Source: Gonapodya sp. JEL0774 (Eukaryota). Taken from it: a DNA stretch of 64,000 nucleotides. The stretch covers positions 1 to 64,000 of the forward strand of contig JADIIX010000062.1 in NCBI GenBank assembly GCA_027604505.1. The letters run 5' to 3'. A program made the translations under genes and the position numbers. Positions 52,797 to 64,000 of the stretch are shown in pieces. The notes beneath the pieces were generated by a model. It searched no databases. It worked only from the letters and a program-made list of their open reading frames with translations, and was not told the origin of the DNA. Each line of letters starts with the position of its first letter. Positions within the stretch are counted from its first letter, which is position 1.

Positions 52797-54524
52797 TCAC
52801 TCATCCTCCGAATCCTCCACCTCAATCCCCTCTTCCTCCTCCACCTCCCCCTCCTCTCCCCCGATCTCCTCCTCCTCCCACGTCGACTTATACAACGGCG
52901 ACGCGAACACTGCGGGCATCCGCCCCGTGTCCGAGATCTTGACCAGGTGGTGGTCCGCGGTGTGTACAATTTCGGAATGCTCCTCGCAAGCGCGGCACTG
53001 GGGGTGGGAGGAGGGGGAGAAGGGGTAAAGGGGTGAGCTGGAGGGAGACGACGGCGGGGGAGTGGTTTCGAACAACGCACCAGGTCGAAATCGACACACT
53101 CGAGACTACCGACCGAAACAAACAACAATGAAAGGTTTGATAAAACATAAAGCCGTTAAAAGTGTGGTTCTCTTTCCAAACCACGAATCTCCTGTAATTC
53201 GATCCGCACCATTTGAACCTTGGTCCCGAGAAATCCACCGACTTGCAATTATCACACCGCACGCCCACGTGCGACACTGCGTGGGGATCCAACGGGAGGG
53301 CCTCGAATTCTGTCCGACCGCTCGAAGGCATGTACTGGATTCAAAGCGGACGTCAGGGAAGTATCGAGCATCGAGCTCGTTTCGTCGTCAAAACAGAGGG
53401 GAACACTCGCCATTCCTCCGCGCAGCCGCAGAACCAGGTGCAAGGTCGATTCCTTTTGTATGTTGTAGTCGGAGAGTGTTCTTCCGTCCTCGAGCTGCGT
53501 CCCCGCAAAGATCAGCCTCTGCTGGTCAGGTGGGATTCCTTCCTTGTCTTGGATGAAGGATTTGACGTTGTCAATGGTGTCTGCCGGGCGAACGTGGAGG
53601 GTGATGAGTTTGCCTGTGAGGGTTTTCACGTAGAGCTCCATGCCGCGGTACGGCTTGTCTGACAAACGAAGAGAAAGAGTTCAGGAAGGACGGGGTGGGC
53701 AAAGGCGAAATAAGAAGCAAAATTCAATCCCATAACAGTGGGAGGATCATGGTAACTTCTTTTGCGTTGGGGGGATTGCGATACGTTCACTCCTCGTGGG
53801 GGCCATGTGATACGTACCAACTCCCCTACTTTCAGCCTTGGGTACGTTTACTCCAGCCATTTCCTCGCGCGGGCGAGAGAGTGACCTCGAGCGTGTTTCC
53901 CGTTCCAGTGTCCCGAGAGAGCGAACCGCAGACGGCTGCGGAGGCCTCGGTGGTGCCCGGAGAGGCTGTTGCGGGGGTGGTGGCGGGGCGGGTTGCACTG
54001 GAGGGGCCCGTTGACCTCGGTTGCGTCTGATGTTCAACTCTTGATCCGGTTGGTTCTGAGCAGAGTACACTGGTGATCCCCAGCTTGACGTCGGGTCGCA
54101 GAACGGCCAACTTACAACGAGAAAAGTTTTCCTAGCAATTTTCTTACTATCATTCGGGTAAGCGGTATACAGGTCAAGTTCCTCTGCCGAACAACCGCGC
54201 CTGTTGATCAACTCAAAACTCAACAGCGGGAAGGTTTGCTTTATGCTCACTGGAATTGACTCCAAAGTTCAGCGCAGCTTTATCCAAGAGCATCCCGGCT
54301 GTCGTCTTGGAGCAGCATTTCACTTTGTATCCCCCTCCCTTCCAATCGATGTCGCTACGAAACGAGGTGAAGGAGCTGCCATGGGGTGTGTATTTGCAAG
54401 GAAGAGCAACTGTCGCTTACTCGAAAAATCTGATTTTGACAGTGAAAAACACGACTGGGGGAGAGGAATTGACGTCTTTAGCGATGACAATTGCAGGCTC
54501 GTATCTGATGGTTGAGGTGACCAT
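52797..54524 (-). CDS. UBL-ubiquitin-ZZ zinc finger-acidic tail fusion protein, copy 3 (intact, 8 exons, about 377 aa)
   Basis: Exons 54524-54421, 54375-54251, 54183-54116, 54055-53818, 53658-53411, 53334-53210, 53105-53081 and 52997-52797 splice in phase (1134 nt). The internal ubiquitin ends LRLRGG. ZZ sequence: [36 protein letters not shown]...[10 protein letters not shown]. Confidence 0.9.
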
Positions 54525-56083
54525 ATGGGTGGATTGATGGATCGATTGAGGGATATGGGGCGAGTAATACGATGATTGGGGGGACTGAGAGAAACGAGTG
54601 CGTGTGTCTTTGGGAGAAGTAAAGTGTCGGTGTGCAGTTTCTGTTGTGGGCGACGAATCCAACTGGAAATTCAATGGAATGTGTGGGGCTCACAACTGTG
54701 TGGCCTTACCCGTCTATGACAGACCACAGCACTCCATTGAAACAGATTCCCCCTTCAACAGAACGCGCAGCCTCGCCCTTGTGAGCACCCCTTTCTTCTC
54801 CTCTTTATCTTGCTCTATCTCACCAGCTACCCTCTTCCGCCTCGCTTTGTCCCAGCATTCCCATCGTGGAGGGTCCTTATCAATCATAATGATAAGGCAA
54901 CAAGCAGTCGTTCGGCACCGTTTGCCGTCGAGCAAAAGAACGTGTCGCGTGATTGGGAGTTGCGTTGTATCCCCACGAGGTTTACAGAGTCCATCCCGAT
55001 GTGGTTGAACGGCGAGAATGGAGTGGGACCGACGTGAAGTCGGACCATTCTCGAGAGAATTTGGGATTACAAACTCCCGCCAAAAGAGGAAATGCACACC
55101 ATTTTGTGGAAGAGGATAACCCCTTGCGTATTGACGTGGACCCGATTGAGTTATGTAACACGACACTCTCGGTTCTAGCACTGGCACCGACACCGCCCTT
55201 TCTCAGTGTACGCACCGTTCAACGCAGGCTCGAATATGGACCGAACGATATGGGGGACCGTATTTTGGTGGGTCGTTCCTTTTTTTTGGTCTTGCCGGTT
55301 AGGGTGTGGACAGTGGGGGGTACCTTCTTCGGGTCTTTCCAAAACCACAGACACAACCTCCCCGCAGTGGTCCCGGGGCAACGACGTACCTACCGAGATA
55401 CACGCCCTTTCAACGTTATGTGTATCTGTGTCTTTGGTGCACGGGCAACCGTTCACATACTTCGGCGGCGCAACGAGACCGATCCCCGAGTCCCGACCTG
55501 CTCTCCCCCGTCGAACCCGTGGACCGCCGTCGTGTGGCAACCATTGGACTGACGGTCGAGCTCAGCGTTGATGTGGACGAGGCCATCTCTGAATGTAGAT
55601 TCATTGTAGTGCTGGTACATGAATGTGAATACATACATTCATGGTAATGTTGTGTGTTGCACGTCATTCTCGTCACTCACTTGCAATATCAATTCACGCA
55701 CAAGGTTCAGTTACAAATCACATTTCACCCAAAGTCTCCATGTTTGAGGTTCCCTTTGGATCATTTCAACCCCCCGGCCCGTTACGAGAAAACCACCTCT
55801 TTATCCACACGACACACACCCTCCTGCGTGGACACAAGGTTGTCGATCCACGACCGACACCGCCCGTATGTATGCCACTTCCAAAATCAAAATTTTTCTT
55901 TTTCTGTTATTTTTTTTTTCCCCCATAACTTTTCATCATAAAAACACCGAGATGCTCCCAACGAACGAAACCGACAAAGATCAAAAACTGAACACGCCGC
56001 ATCGCTCCTTCCCCAACCCACAGTCCACCTCCTACAGACACCACCCCTTCCAACCCACCCCCACCCGCCCCCTTTACCCCTTC

Positions 56084-58237
56084 CTACCTCCTCACCAACA
56101 CCCCGCCCACCCTCACCAACTCCCCATCCTGCCCTCCCCGTCCCCCGCACCCCGCATACCCCGCCCCCCACCCCCCCACCCACCCCAACACCCCCAAAAA
56201 AGGGCACCCGCCAAAACCCCCCCCNNNNNNNNNNNNNNNNNNNNNNNNNNNNNNNNNNNNNNNNNNNNNNNNNNNNNNNNNNNNNNNNNNNNNNNNNNNN
56301 NNNNNNNNNNNNNNNNNNNNNNNNNNNNNNNNNNNNNNNNNNNNNNGGGGGGGGGCGGGGGGGGGTGTGTGGGGGTGGGGGTTGTTGGCGTGACATTTGT
56401 GAGCCTCGCTTCCCCGCAGCCCCCCTACACCGCGTCTACCCACCTTGACCAACCCGCCCACCACGACGGGCACTCCGACCACCACCCCCGCCGGCCCCAT
56501 CGCCACGCCCACGTTCATCCACCACCTCGGCGGCTCCCCGTACCACCGTCGCCACGCCCACTCCCACCCGGTACTCAGCGCGTCCACCACGAGGCACACC
56601 ACGGCGTACACCAGGCCCGCCAGCCCCAGGTATCCGGCGACGGTCACGGGGAACAGGGACAGGCCCATGCCGGCGGGTTGGAGTGGAGGTTGCAAGGTGG
56701 CTGAGGGGGGGGTGATGGCGGGGAGGGTGGTGAGACCCAAGGGGCCTACGACGAGGGAGAGGAGGAGGAGGGCGAGGTGGAGGGGGAAGCGGAGGCGGGT
56801 GTAGAAGGGGGGCACCGGGTGGGCGCGCTGGCCCGAGCGGCGGTGGCGGTTGTGGATGATCACCGAGGCGGGGGAGGGGGGCCGGGCAGGGGTGGGGGTG
56901 GGGGAGGGCGGGGAGGCGGATTTGACGGGCCCAAGCATCACGTCCCGGCCTGCGACACCGCCTCCGACACCGTAATACCCGTCGTACCCAGCGTCTTGGC
57001 CGTGGTCGTCGTCATCATCGTGGTTGCCGTCGTCCCCCTCGTGGTTCCACGTGGTGTGGTCGCCGTGGTGGTGGTCGGCGCCAGGCACGTCACGGGACCG
57101 GGACCGGTACGCGTACCCGTACCCGTACTCGGACGCGGGCACGTCCCCATTCCCGCTCGTGGACCCCGTGGTCGGCCCGGGCAATGCAGCGTACGGTGGA
57201 GTGGACAGCGGTGCCTGCGCCTGCGCAGGGAGTGGGGGTGGGGGACGCGCCGCAGGACGGGGGAGCTGCTGGGTCTGTGCCTGTGCTTGTGGCTGTACCG
57301 GTGCAGGTCCCGGTGCAGTGGAGCCGGCCAGCGGGGTCGTGGAGTGGGCCGAGGAGGCAGAGCCGGAGGAAAGCGACAGGGCGGGCGAGGGGTCGCGGTG
57401 CGGGTGCGGGTGTGGAGGTGATTGTGGATGTGGATGCGGACGTGGAGGTGGCAGAAGAGGAGCGTGGCGAGCCGTGGGTTGTGGAGGAGGGGGTCGGTTG
57501 GATGAGGACGGCGGGAAGGGTGGCGGGGGGAGGGGGCGGGATGAGGGGTGCGGGGGGTGGGAACTCGACGGGTCGACCGCGGGTCCGTCCCCGTACCGGT
57601 TCCTGTACTGGTCCCCACCCCCGTACCGATCCCCAACCCCACCCCCGTCCCCTCCGGCATCCCAGTCCTGGTCGGCCGGCGGACCACTCCACTCTGTGGC
57701 AGTTGAGAGTCGCGGTGCGGAGGGTTGCGGGTGGTGGTCGGTAGGGGGAGGGGGTGCGGGTGCAGGGCCGGTGAGGAGACCTGGGAAGGAGGGGAAGGAT
57801 GGAACGGCGGAAGAGGTGCGAGGGGCAGGAGTTGGATGTTGTTGGTAGGGAGAGGAGTGAGGGAGCGGGAGTTGGTCGTGATAGGGGACAGCAGAAGGAG
57901 GAGAGTGAGAGTGTTTGAGGATTCCCCTGGCCGGCGGGGGAGTTGAGGGGTAGTGAGGAGGCTGGTGGTGAGGGTTTGGAGAGGGCGGAGAGTCTGGGGA
58001 GAGAGGGGAGTGGTGGGAGTGAGGGGAGTAGGGGGGTTGGTGGGAGTGGAGGGGAGGAGAGTCTGGGTGGTAGGGGGAGTAGGGGGAGTAGGGGGAATGG
58101 GGGTGTTGGTCCGAGTGCTGGGAGGAGGAGGGCGGGGAGTGCGGGTCGTGCAGGTCGTTCGTTGTGCGTGCGTCTGAGATTGGAGATGGGTCTGCGCCAC
58201 CCCACGATGTGATCGCAGAGTGTGGCTGAGTTGTCAT
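56084..58237 (-). CDS. Pro/His-rich protein with C-terminal transmembrane helices, unknown function; 3' end interrupted by a gap
   Basis: Long ORF with a low-complexity N-terminus and three hydrophobic segments (LHLALLLLSLVVGPLGL; VAGYLGLAGLVYAVVCLVV; VGVAMGPAGVVVGVPVVVGGL). N gap at 56225-56345. Confidence 0.6.
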   Translation of the reverse strand: MTTQPHSAITSWGGADPSPISDARTTNDLHDPHSPPSSSQHSDQHPHSPYSPYSPYHPDSPPLHSHQPPYSPHSHHSPLSPDSPPSPNPHHQPPHYPSTPPPARGILKHSHSPPSAVPYHDQLPLPHSSPYQQHPTPAPRTSSAVPSFPSFPGLLTGPAPAPPPPTDHHPQPSAPRLSTATEWSGPPADQDWDAGGDGGGVGDRYGGGDQYRNRYGDGPAVDPSSSHPPHPSSRPLPPPPFPPSSSNRPPPPQPTARHAPLLPPPRPHPHPQSPPHPHPHRDPSPALSLSSGSASSAHSTTPLAGSTAPGPAPVQPQAQAQTQQLPRPAARPPPPLPAQAQAPLSTPPYAALPGPTTGSTSGNGDVPASEYGYGYAYRSRSRDVPGADHHHGDHTTWNHEGDDGNHDDDDDHGQDAGYDGYYGVGGGVAGRDVMLGPVKSASPPSPTPTPARPPSPASVIIHNRHRRSGQRAHPVPPFYTRLRFPLHLALLLLSLVVGPLGLTTLPAITPPSATLQPPLQPAGMGLSLFPVTVAGYLGLAGLVYAVVCLVVDALSTGWEWAWRRWYGEPPRWWMNVGVAMGPAGVVVGVPVVVGGLVKVGRRGVGGLRGSEAHKCHANNPHPHTPPPAPPXXXXXXXXXXXXXXXXXXXXXXXXXXXXXXXXXXXXXXXXXGGGFGGCPFLGVLGWVGGWGAGYAGCGGRGGQDGELVRVGGVLVRR

Positions 58238-61144
58238 GCCTGTGTGGCTGTGTGGGTGTGTGGGTGTGTGCTGTGTGCGTGGTCAGTGTGGGTGTGCGAC
58301 CAGTGTGAGTCACTTGTCACGCGTCACTCGGTTCCCGCAGTGTCTCCCCTCTGCTGTCCCCATCTGTGCACGCTCCACTCCCCTCCTCCCTCTCCCCCTT
58401 CTCCCGCTCTCCCCTCAGTCTCTCCTCCGTTCCCCTCCCTCTCCAGCGAGTCCCCCTCACCTCTACTCCAGTCACACCCCAATCACCCACATTCCCCTTC
58501 TCTTCCCCCCTCTCCCTTCCCTCTCCCTCTCCTCTCCTTTTCTTCTTCCCCTTCAATCCCCTGTTCCTGTGTCCTCTTCTCCCTCAACAACGACTGCCGT
58601 GCCGTGCTAACCTTGCGCTCAGCTGTTTTGTCTCGGATCCTGTCCTGTATTACTCGCAAATCTGCTCTCCACAAAACCACCCCTATGTATTACTCACCTC
58701 GGCTTGTGAATTTTATTATGTATTAGAATATTATGATCACACTGAGACCCCTTTGCATCCCGCCTCTCCCTCCCACAGCCTCCGCCCTCAGCACCTCTCA
58801 AGCAAAACCCCGCACACACTCCACGCTCCACATCGCCTCCTCCCTCCTCCCTCCTCCATCCCCCCCTGTACCTTGTCCACCGGGCACCGTCCCATTCCCC
58901 CCTTTACCCTTTTGTTCCCTCCCCTCCTCCCCTTTCTCCCTTTCGCCCTTCCTCCCTTCCCACCATCCCACGATCCCAATCACCTCATACCACACCTCAT
59001 CTCATAATATTTACCACACCACACATCTCTCTCCCCTCTCCCCTCTCCCCCCCTTACTCCTCCGTAGTCCCTCGCCTCCCTTAGTACCACGTCATCAGGC
59101 CATCACCTGACCTGACCTGACCACTCTCCAGTACCGTACCCCACCATGCACTCATAGCACTATACACGGTCCCACCGTCCCGACTCATCTCGTCATCCGA
59201 TCGTGACCCTCCCCCATCTATTACGGACTACGGTGCAGTAGCAACGAGTCAAACCACACTGCCTCGCTGTCCCCACTGCGCCCCACTACCACACCCACCA
59301 CACACCACCACACACCACAATGAATGGAAGGGTGAGGCTCAGGAGACGGAGGAAAAACCCGAACCCAGAAAAAATATTTTTTCGCTGAATCGTCACAGGG
59401 GACCGCGGTGGGGGCCCAGCTGTCTTTTCGCGTTTTTTCTGATATTTCGGTCATGGACAGATTGGTCAAAGGTCCCAGGGGCCAGGGGCCAGGGTTTACA
59501 CTCGCATCGGAGCTCTTGGACCCGATTGGTGGGGGGGGGGGGGCCGTGCCGGTGACACGGAGCGACACGTCACACACATACACCCGAACCCCGGGTCCCG
59601 ACCCTTGCCGGGAATCGCGGACACCTGGCCGTTGGTTGATTCACAAGCACACGGGCCGCGCAAACGCACGTCGCACGTCGCACATCTTGCCGGCACACGG
59701 CACGCGGCACGCGGGGCACACGGCCCGGATTCTGATTCTGTGCTGTGCTGGGTCTGCGCCCCCTGCGGTGCATTGGAGGTCAGTGTCCAGGGACGACCGA
59801 CCGAGCTCTGTGCTCTATGATGACGGATGCGGATGCGGGATTGCGGGGCGAGCAGGCTGGAGTGGGATGTGGGATGTGGGATGGGTACAGGGGGAGTGTG
59901 TTTGTGGGGAGCCATGCAAGTCGGCCAGTGTCAGGTGTGGCCTGTGCACCCGTGGACGTGTGGACGTGTGAATCTGTGCACCTGTGGACGTGCACCTCGC
60001 GTGGAACCCGTCGATACCAGGACCGCGATGGTCTCACACAAGCGTGGAAGTCACATGACGTGCCCGGGGTGCGTGCGTGCCCCGCGTCCGGTCCCGCCGG
60101 GTAAGCGGCCCGTGTCGATTCTGGACCAGCCTGGGTTGAAAGAGCCCCGCACGGCTGATCCCAACACACGGTCCAGGGAATGCGTCATGGCAGGGTAGGC
60201 TCATTGCGAGTTTTTTCAGACAAACAAGGGATGTTCATTTGTGTTCACACCGTCGCCTGCGCGAACAATGCTCCACTTTCACTCTCGTCTTTCGTTTCGG
60301 AGTCCCACAAAATTGAACGCTCGAAAAGAGCAAGCGTGTCGAGCCGTGGGATGGTATGGAATAAAAGACCAAGGAAACCACAAAGGCAATTCATAGTACC
60401 GGATGTCATGGCGAGGTTCGATGGAGTGGTCCTGGGCAAGCCGTAGCCCGTATTTTACATTGTGTAATTGGGTTGAGGGTGAAGATTTGATGTATGTTGT
60501 GTCAACGTTGGGTATTCACTTTCGTCTGACTTCGTCATGCCAAAGTCAACATCTGGTGAGACTGAAGGCCCCGCCGGAGCCTTCCCGAACGAACGTTTGA
60601 GCGTGGAGGCCATTTTGAGTGATGAACATGTTGAGCCAAAATTTCGTGTCCAGTCAAACGGGTTTGGTGTGGATACATAATATATATTGCTCCTGACTGT
60701 GACACAAGGTGGCGGTTTCTGTTCGTTTGCCTAACTTGCGCCCCCAACGATCCGGTTCCTTTTCCGGTCCGAAAAACCGAAACAACGGGCGCCAATCGAG
60801 GCGGGCAAGGCAGATGGGAAGCTACGAGGAGTCCTGGCAGGCACGAGGAAGAATCGGAAGCTCGATCGCTCCCGGGTGGGTTTGCGGAGGGGTGGGTGAC
60901 CCCTGTGTGGGTTTGGCTGCGTCGCTCACGCTTATACTCCCCTCCCCCCCCCCCTTCCACCTTTCTTGCGCTTCTTGACGCCGCCGTTCTCCGGTGTTTG
61001 TCTCACGGCCGCCTACCGTATACGGGTTTTCCCTGTCTGTCGCACAATGAAAACAGCAAGCCCCATCATCATGCGGCACCCACCACGACCGCATCCAGAC
61101 ACTTTGCCGGCGTGCTTTCGTTCGCAAAGCCCGCGTCGGTGCAG

Positions 61145-63993
61145 ATGGAGCCTGAGTTCAGAGACGGGAGGGATCCCAGGGCACAGAGGGAGCTGGCTTC
61201 TCTCAGAGACGGATCTCGCGATCTCCCTCGCTCCTCCACAACTCCCCAAACGCAGCCCGTTGGGCAAGCAAATCATAATATAGAGCGCCAACTGTCAAAC
61301 AATTCTTCCAAATCTGTGCGCCCGACGGCGGCACCGCTGATACCCCCGTCGTCCAAAAAGCTCGGATCCCTCCGGAGCAAGGTGTCAAAGGAAGCGCAGC
61401 TCCTCGCTATATTGGATATCATTCCCGAAACAAAGTCGCAGAATCTCTCTTCTAGAAATCGAGAGCAGAACTGGGACAGGGACAGGGACCGGGACAGAGA
61501 CTGGGATCGTGAGCGTGAGCGAAACCGAGACCCGCCGCCGCCAGCATACGACGATGTCACAGCCGGCCGCCCACCTCCAACGACGAACCAACACAGCCAA
61601 AATCTCCCCCCGAGTAGAGCTGAACGCCCCCGGGACGATGCATTCTCTTCCGGTGATCCTCGCAGCTTCGGACCCGGTACAATCTCGAGTTACCGTCCGC
61701 GCGGCGACGACACCCGCGAGGATACCCGCTTACCCCCGCTCGCAAACTCCACACACTCTCTTCCTCGCCACCAATCGCAATCCCAGCAATCCCGGCCGTC
61801 CGTTCAACCCTACAACAGTGCTTCCGATCGCAAGAATTTGGATTTTGACGATTTCCTCGATGATGTGCCGGCACACACTCCGCCTAGCCAGGGGCAGGGG
61901 CACAAACACTCCCACGGGTACTCGCAATCCTACTCTAACGACAACCGCTACCCCACTTACCAAGGGAGCACTCCTCCTCCCCTTGGCGCTCCAACAGCTC
62001 CAACATCCACACCTCGCTACTCGAGCGACACCACCCGCACAGACTATCGCACAGAGACTACCACTACAGCAACCGTGAGTCGCGCCGCCGAATCCCGCGA
62101 GTTCACCCAGCTCCAACTGTCGGAGGACGGGTTCGGCATCAGCTTATTTGACATCGTGAGCGAACGGATGCAGGCGGATGGAGTTCGAGGCGGACGCGGA
62201 AGTGGTGGTGGCGGAGGAGGAGGAAGTGGTGGTGGTGCGACCTTCACGGCAACCTCCGTCCCCCGCAGCGCCACCGAACCCACTCTTTCCACCCGCCGCC
62301 CGACGAAATCGGCATCTGGTGGTGATCCCATAGAGTTTGGTCGCCATTCGCGCCTCTCGACGTCGCCCACACCTCCGACGCACGCGGGCGGCGCGGGCGA
62401 GTCCAAACCAAGACCGCTCTCCACAGGCCACCGTGCGGACCTAGTGTCCTCGCAAGGGTCGAGTCAGAGTGGAGGCGGTCTCGTTGGTGGTAACTTGGGC
62501 GGCGTGGGTGACTCTCCGCCCAGAGCTCGCCCACGCGACACACTCACTCCAAACGCAGGATCCCTCGACGCCCAATCCCGCTCCCGCCGACTTTCCGAAC
62601 ATCGAGATGCACGATCACCCTCCCCTATCGATACTCAGACTCGATCTCGCCCACCTTCCCATCGGGACGACTCCTTCACTCCCGCTCCCCATCAAGAAAG
62701 TCAGGCACGATCTCGCCCACCGTCCCATCGCAAGGGCGATTCTATCAATGGTACTGAAACCTCGGACAATCAAGCACGCGCTCGGCCCCCGTCTCAGCGG
62801 GCAGAAACCTTCCCCTCTCAACCGGGCCCCGCCTCCTCTCGCCTCCAACAGGACTCATCGTGGTCCACCCATCGCACGGACTCGTTTTACTCGGGGTCGG
62901 ACGGATCCTCGATGTACCAGGATCAAGATGGGAGAGACGAGGACTCTCGGAACACCAAGGGGGCGCAGGGCGGTCGAGGATCAGAACATGACATGGTCGC
63001 CACTGTTTGGAGCGAGGACAGGTTTTTACCGCACAATGATGAAGTGAGTCCGTCGAGTCCGTCGAGTCCGGGGGTGGGGCTGGGACACGGACAGTTTCCG
63101 CACAGTCACAAGAAGAAAGCCACGCCGTCGATTCACTCGACTGCTCCGTCTGAGTGGACGAATATCCCGGACAGTGAAGACGAGGACGAGAATCGTGACT
63201 TTGACGACTACATGGGTGGTGGTGCAAACCACGACGAGGACTCTGCTCCACGGTACCACAAACCGCCCGGACGACACGCCCGCGCTGCGAAACCCGCGCT
63301 GAAGAAACGCCCTGGAATGTCGTCCTCAGCGCCTACCTCGGCGGCATCTCCTACGGGCAGTGGCTTTGACGAGTGGGTGGAAGCCATGCGGGACTTTTCG
63401 CCTGGGGAGAGACCCGACGGTGCGAGACCCGACATGACAAGACGGAAATCGGCGGTGTCATTCCATGAAGGACCTCCAGATGTCACGGAGGCGCCGGATT
63501 ATAAAAGGGATGGATCAGATGCGATGGAATTGGGTATGTTCGAGGAGTGGAGATTGAATGTGTACATGAAGAAGATGAAGTGAGTGTTACTGCCCGGCGT
63601 CGGACACCGCTTTGTCGCGCGGACGGGGTGCGTTTGTGGGGTACTCTTTGCTCATTGAGATAACCTCTCCACTGTTCAACTCCACCTGCCTACAGGAAGA
63701 AGAACGCCAAAGAGCAGCAACGCCAACTTGCACAGCAAAATGCCGCACGGTTTTCCAACTCGACATCCACTGCTGGTGCGTTTGCTCAACAACAGCGTGC
63801 ACTTACTAAGTCTCAGTCGGATGGTTCGCTTTCGCGCACCGGAGGCGGTGCAGGCGGTGGGTGGTCCAGTGGGACCGGGAAGGGCATTAAAGTTGGGAGC
63901 GGGGGCCTGCAAAGGAGAGCGTCTTTGCAAAAGGAAGCACGGGGGGAGGAGAAGAAAAGGAGATTTATTTGGGGAGGTGGAGGGAAGAAGTAA
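61145..63993 (+). CDS. Long disordered protein with a PP1-docking-like module (paralogue of 14312-15879)
   Basis: The ORF runs to 63579, then intron 63580-63695, and the last exon is open to TAA at 63991-63993. Motif KSAVSFHEGPPDVTEAPDY. Confidence 0.72.
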
Positions 63994-64000
63994 AGCCATA

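Larger units (their letters stand above)
48504..54524 (-). repeat. Tandem gene triplication, unit about 2.1-2.4 kb
   Basis: Start codons at 50111, 52169 and 54524. The 3' parts of copies 1 and 2 (about 48540-48990 versus 50630-51070) are visibly very similar, including introns. Confidence 0.9.

Noticed and set aside
52860..52900. STWEEE in the acidic tail as an Atg8-binding AIM/LIR motif
   Set aside because: It lacks the required hydrophobic residue at +3 (WEEE or WEEG rather than WxxL/I/V).
56938..58313. Long overlapping alternative-frame and antisense ORFs here and at 40150-41154 and 45790-46920
   Set aside because: These are expected in GC-rich low-complexity coding DNA and show no domain signal.
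59368..59383. Perfect 16-bp palindrome gaaaaaatattttttc
   Set aside because: Low-complexity A/T tracts with no supporting context.

Overview
Intron-rich eukaryotic DNA, most likely from a zoosporic (chytrid/monoblepharid-type) fungus. This is inferred from short GT-AG introns, a TSNAXIP1-like ciliary gene, a KIF28-like kinesin and SH3/ankyrin/TKL-kinase genes. About 20 genes or gene relics are visible: a USP deubiquitinase (5' partial), a 2OG-Fe(II) oxygenase, a CpG-depleted decaying XPG/FEN1-like PIN nuclease island, a CRAL-TRIO protein, two paralogous putative PP1-docking proteins, an S10 serine carboxypeptidase, a TSNAXIP1-like protein, a SulP transporter, a kinesin-3, a TM-SH3 protein, a bacterial-type cupin, an ANK-SH3-SH3-kinase, a long disordered protein, an aminopeptidase-P homologue lacking two metal ligands and a Pro-rich membrane protein. 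The most notable structure is a minus-strand tandem array at 48.5-54.5 kb of three paralogous 8-exon genes. Each encodes a divergent ubiquitin-like domain, a Pro-rich linker, a near-canonical ubiquitin ending in GG, a ZZ zinc finger and an acidic tail. One copy is intact, two carry frameshifts, and a possible fourth relic lies upstream. There are two assembly gaps (1522-1531, 56225-56345). I saw no rRNA, tRNA, CRISPR array or intact transposase. Exon boundaries were read by eye and no database searches were run.
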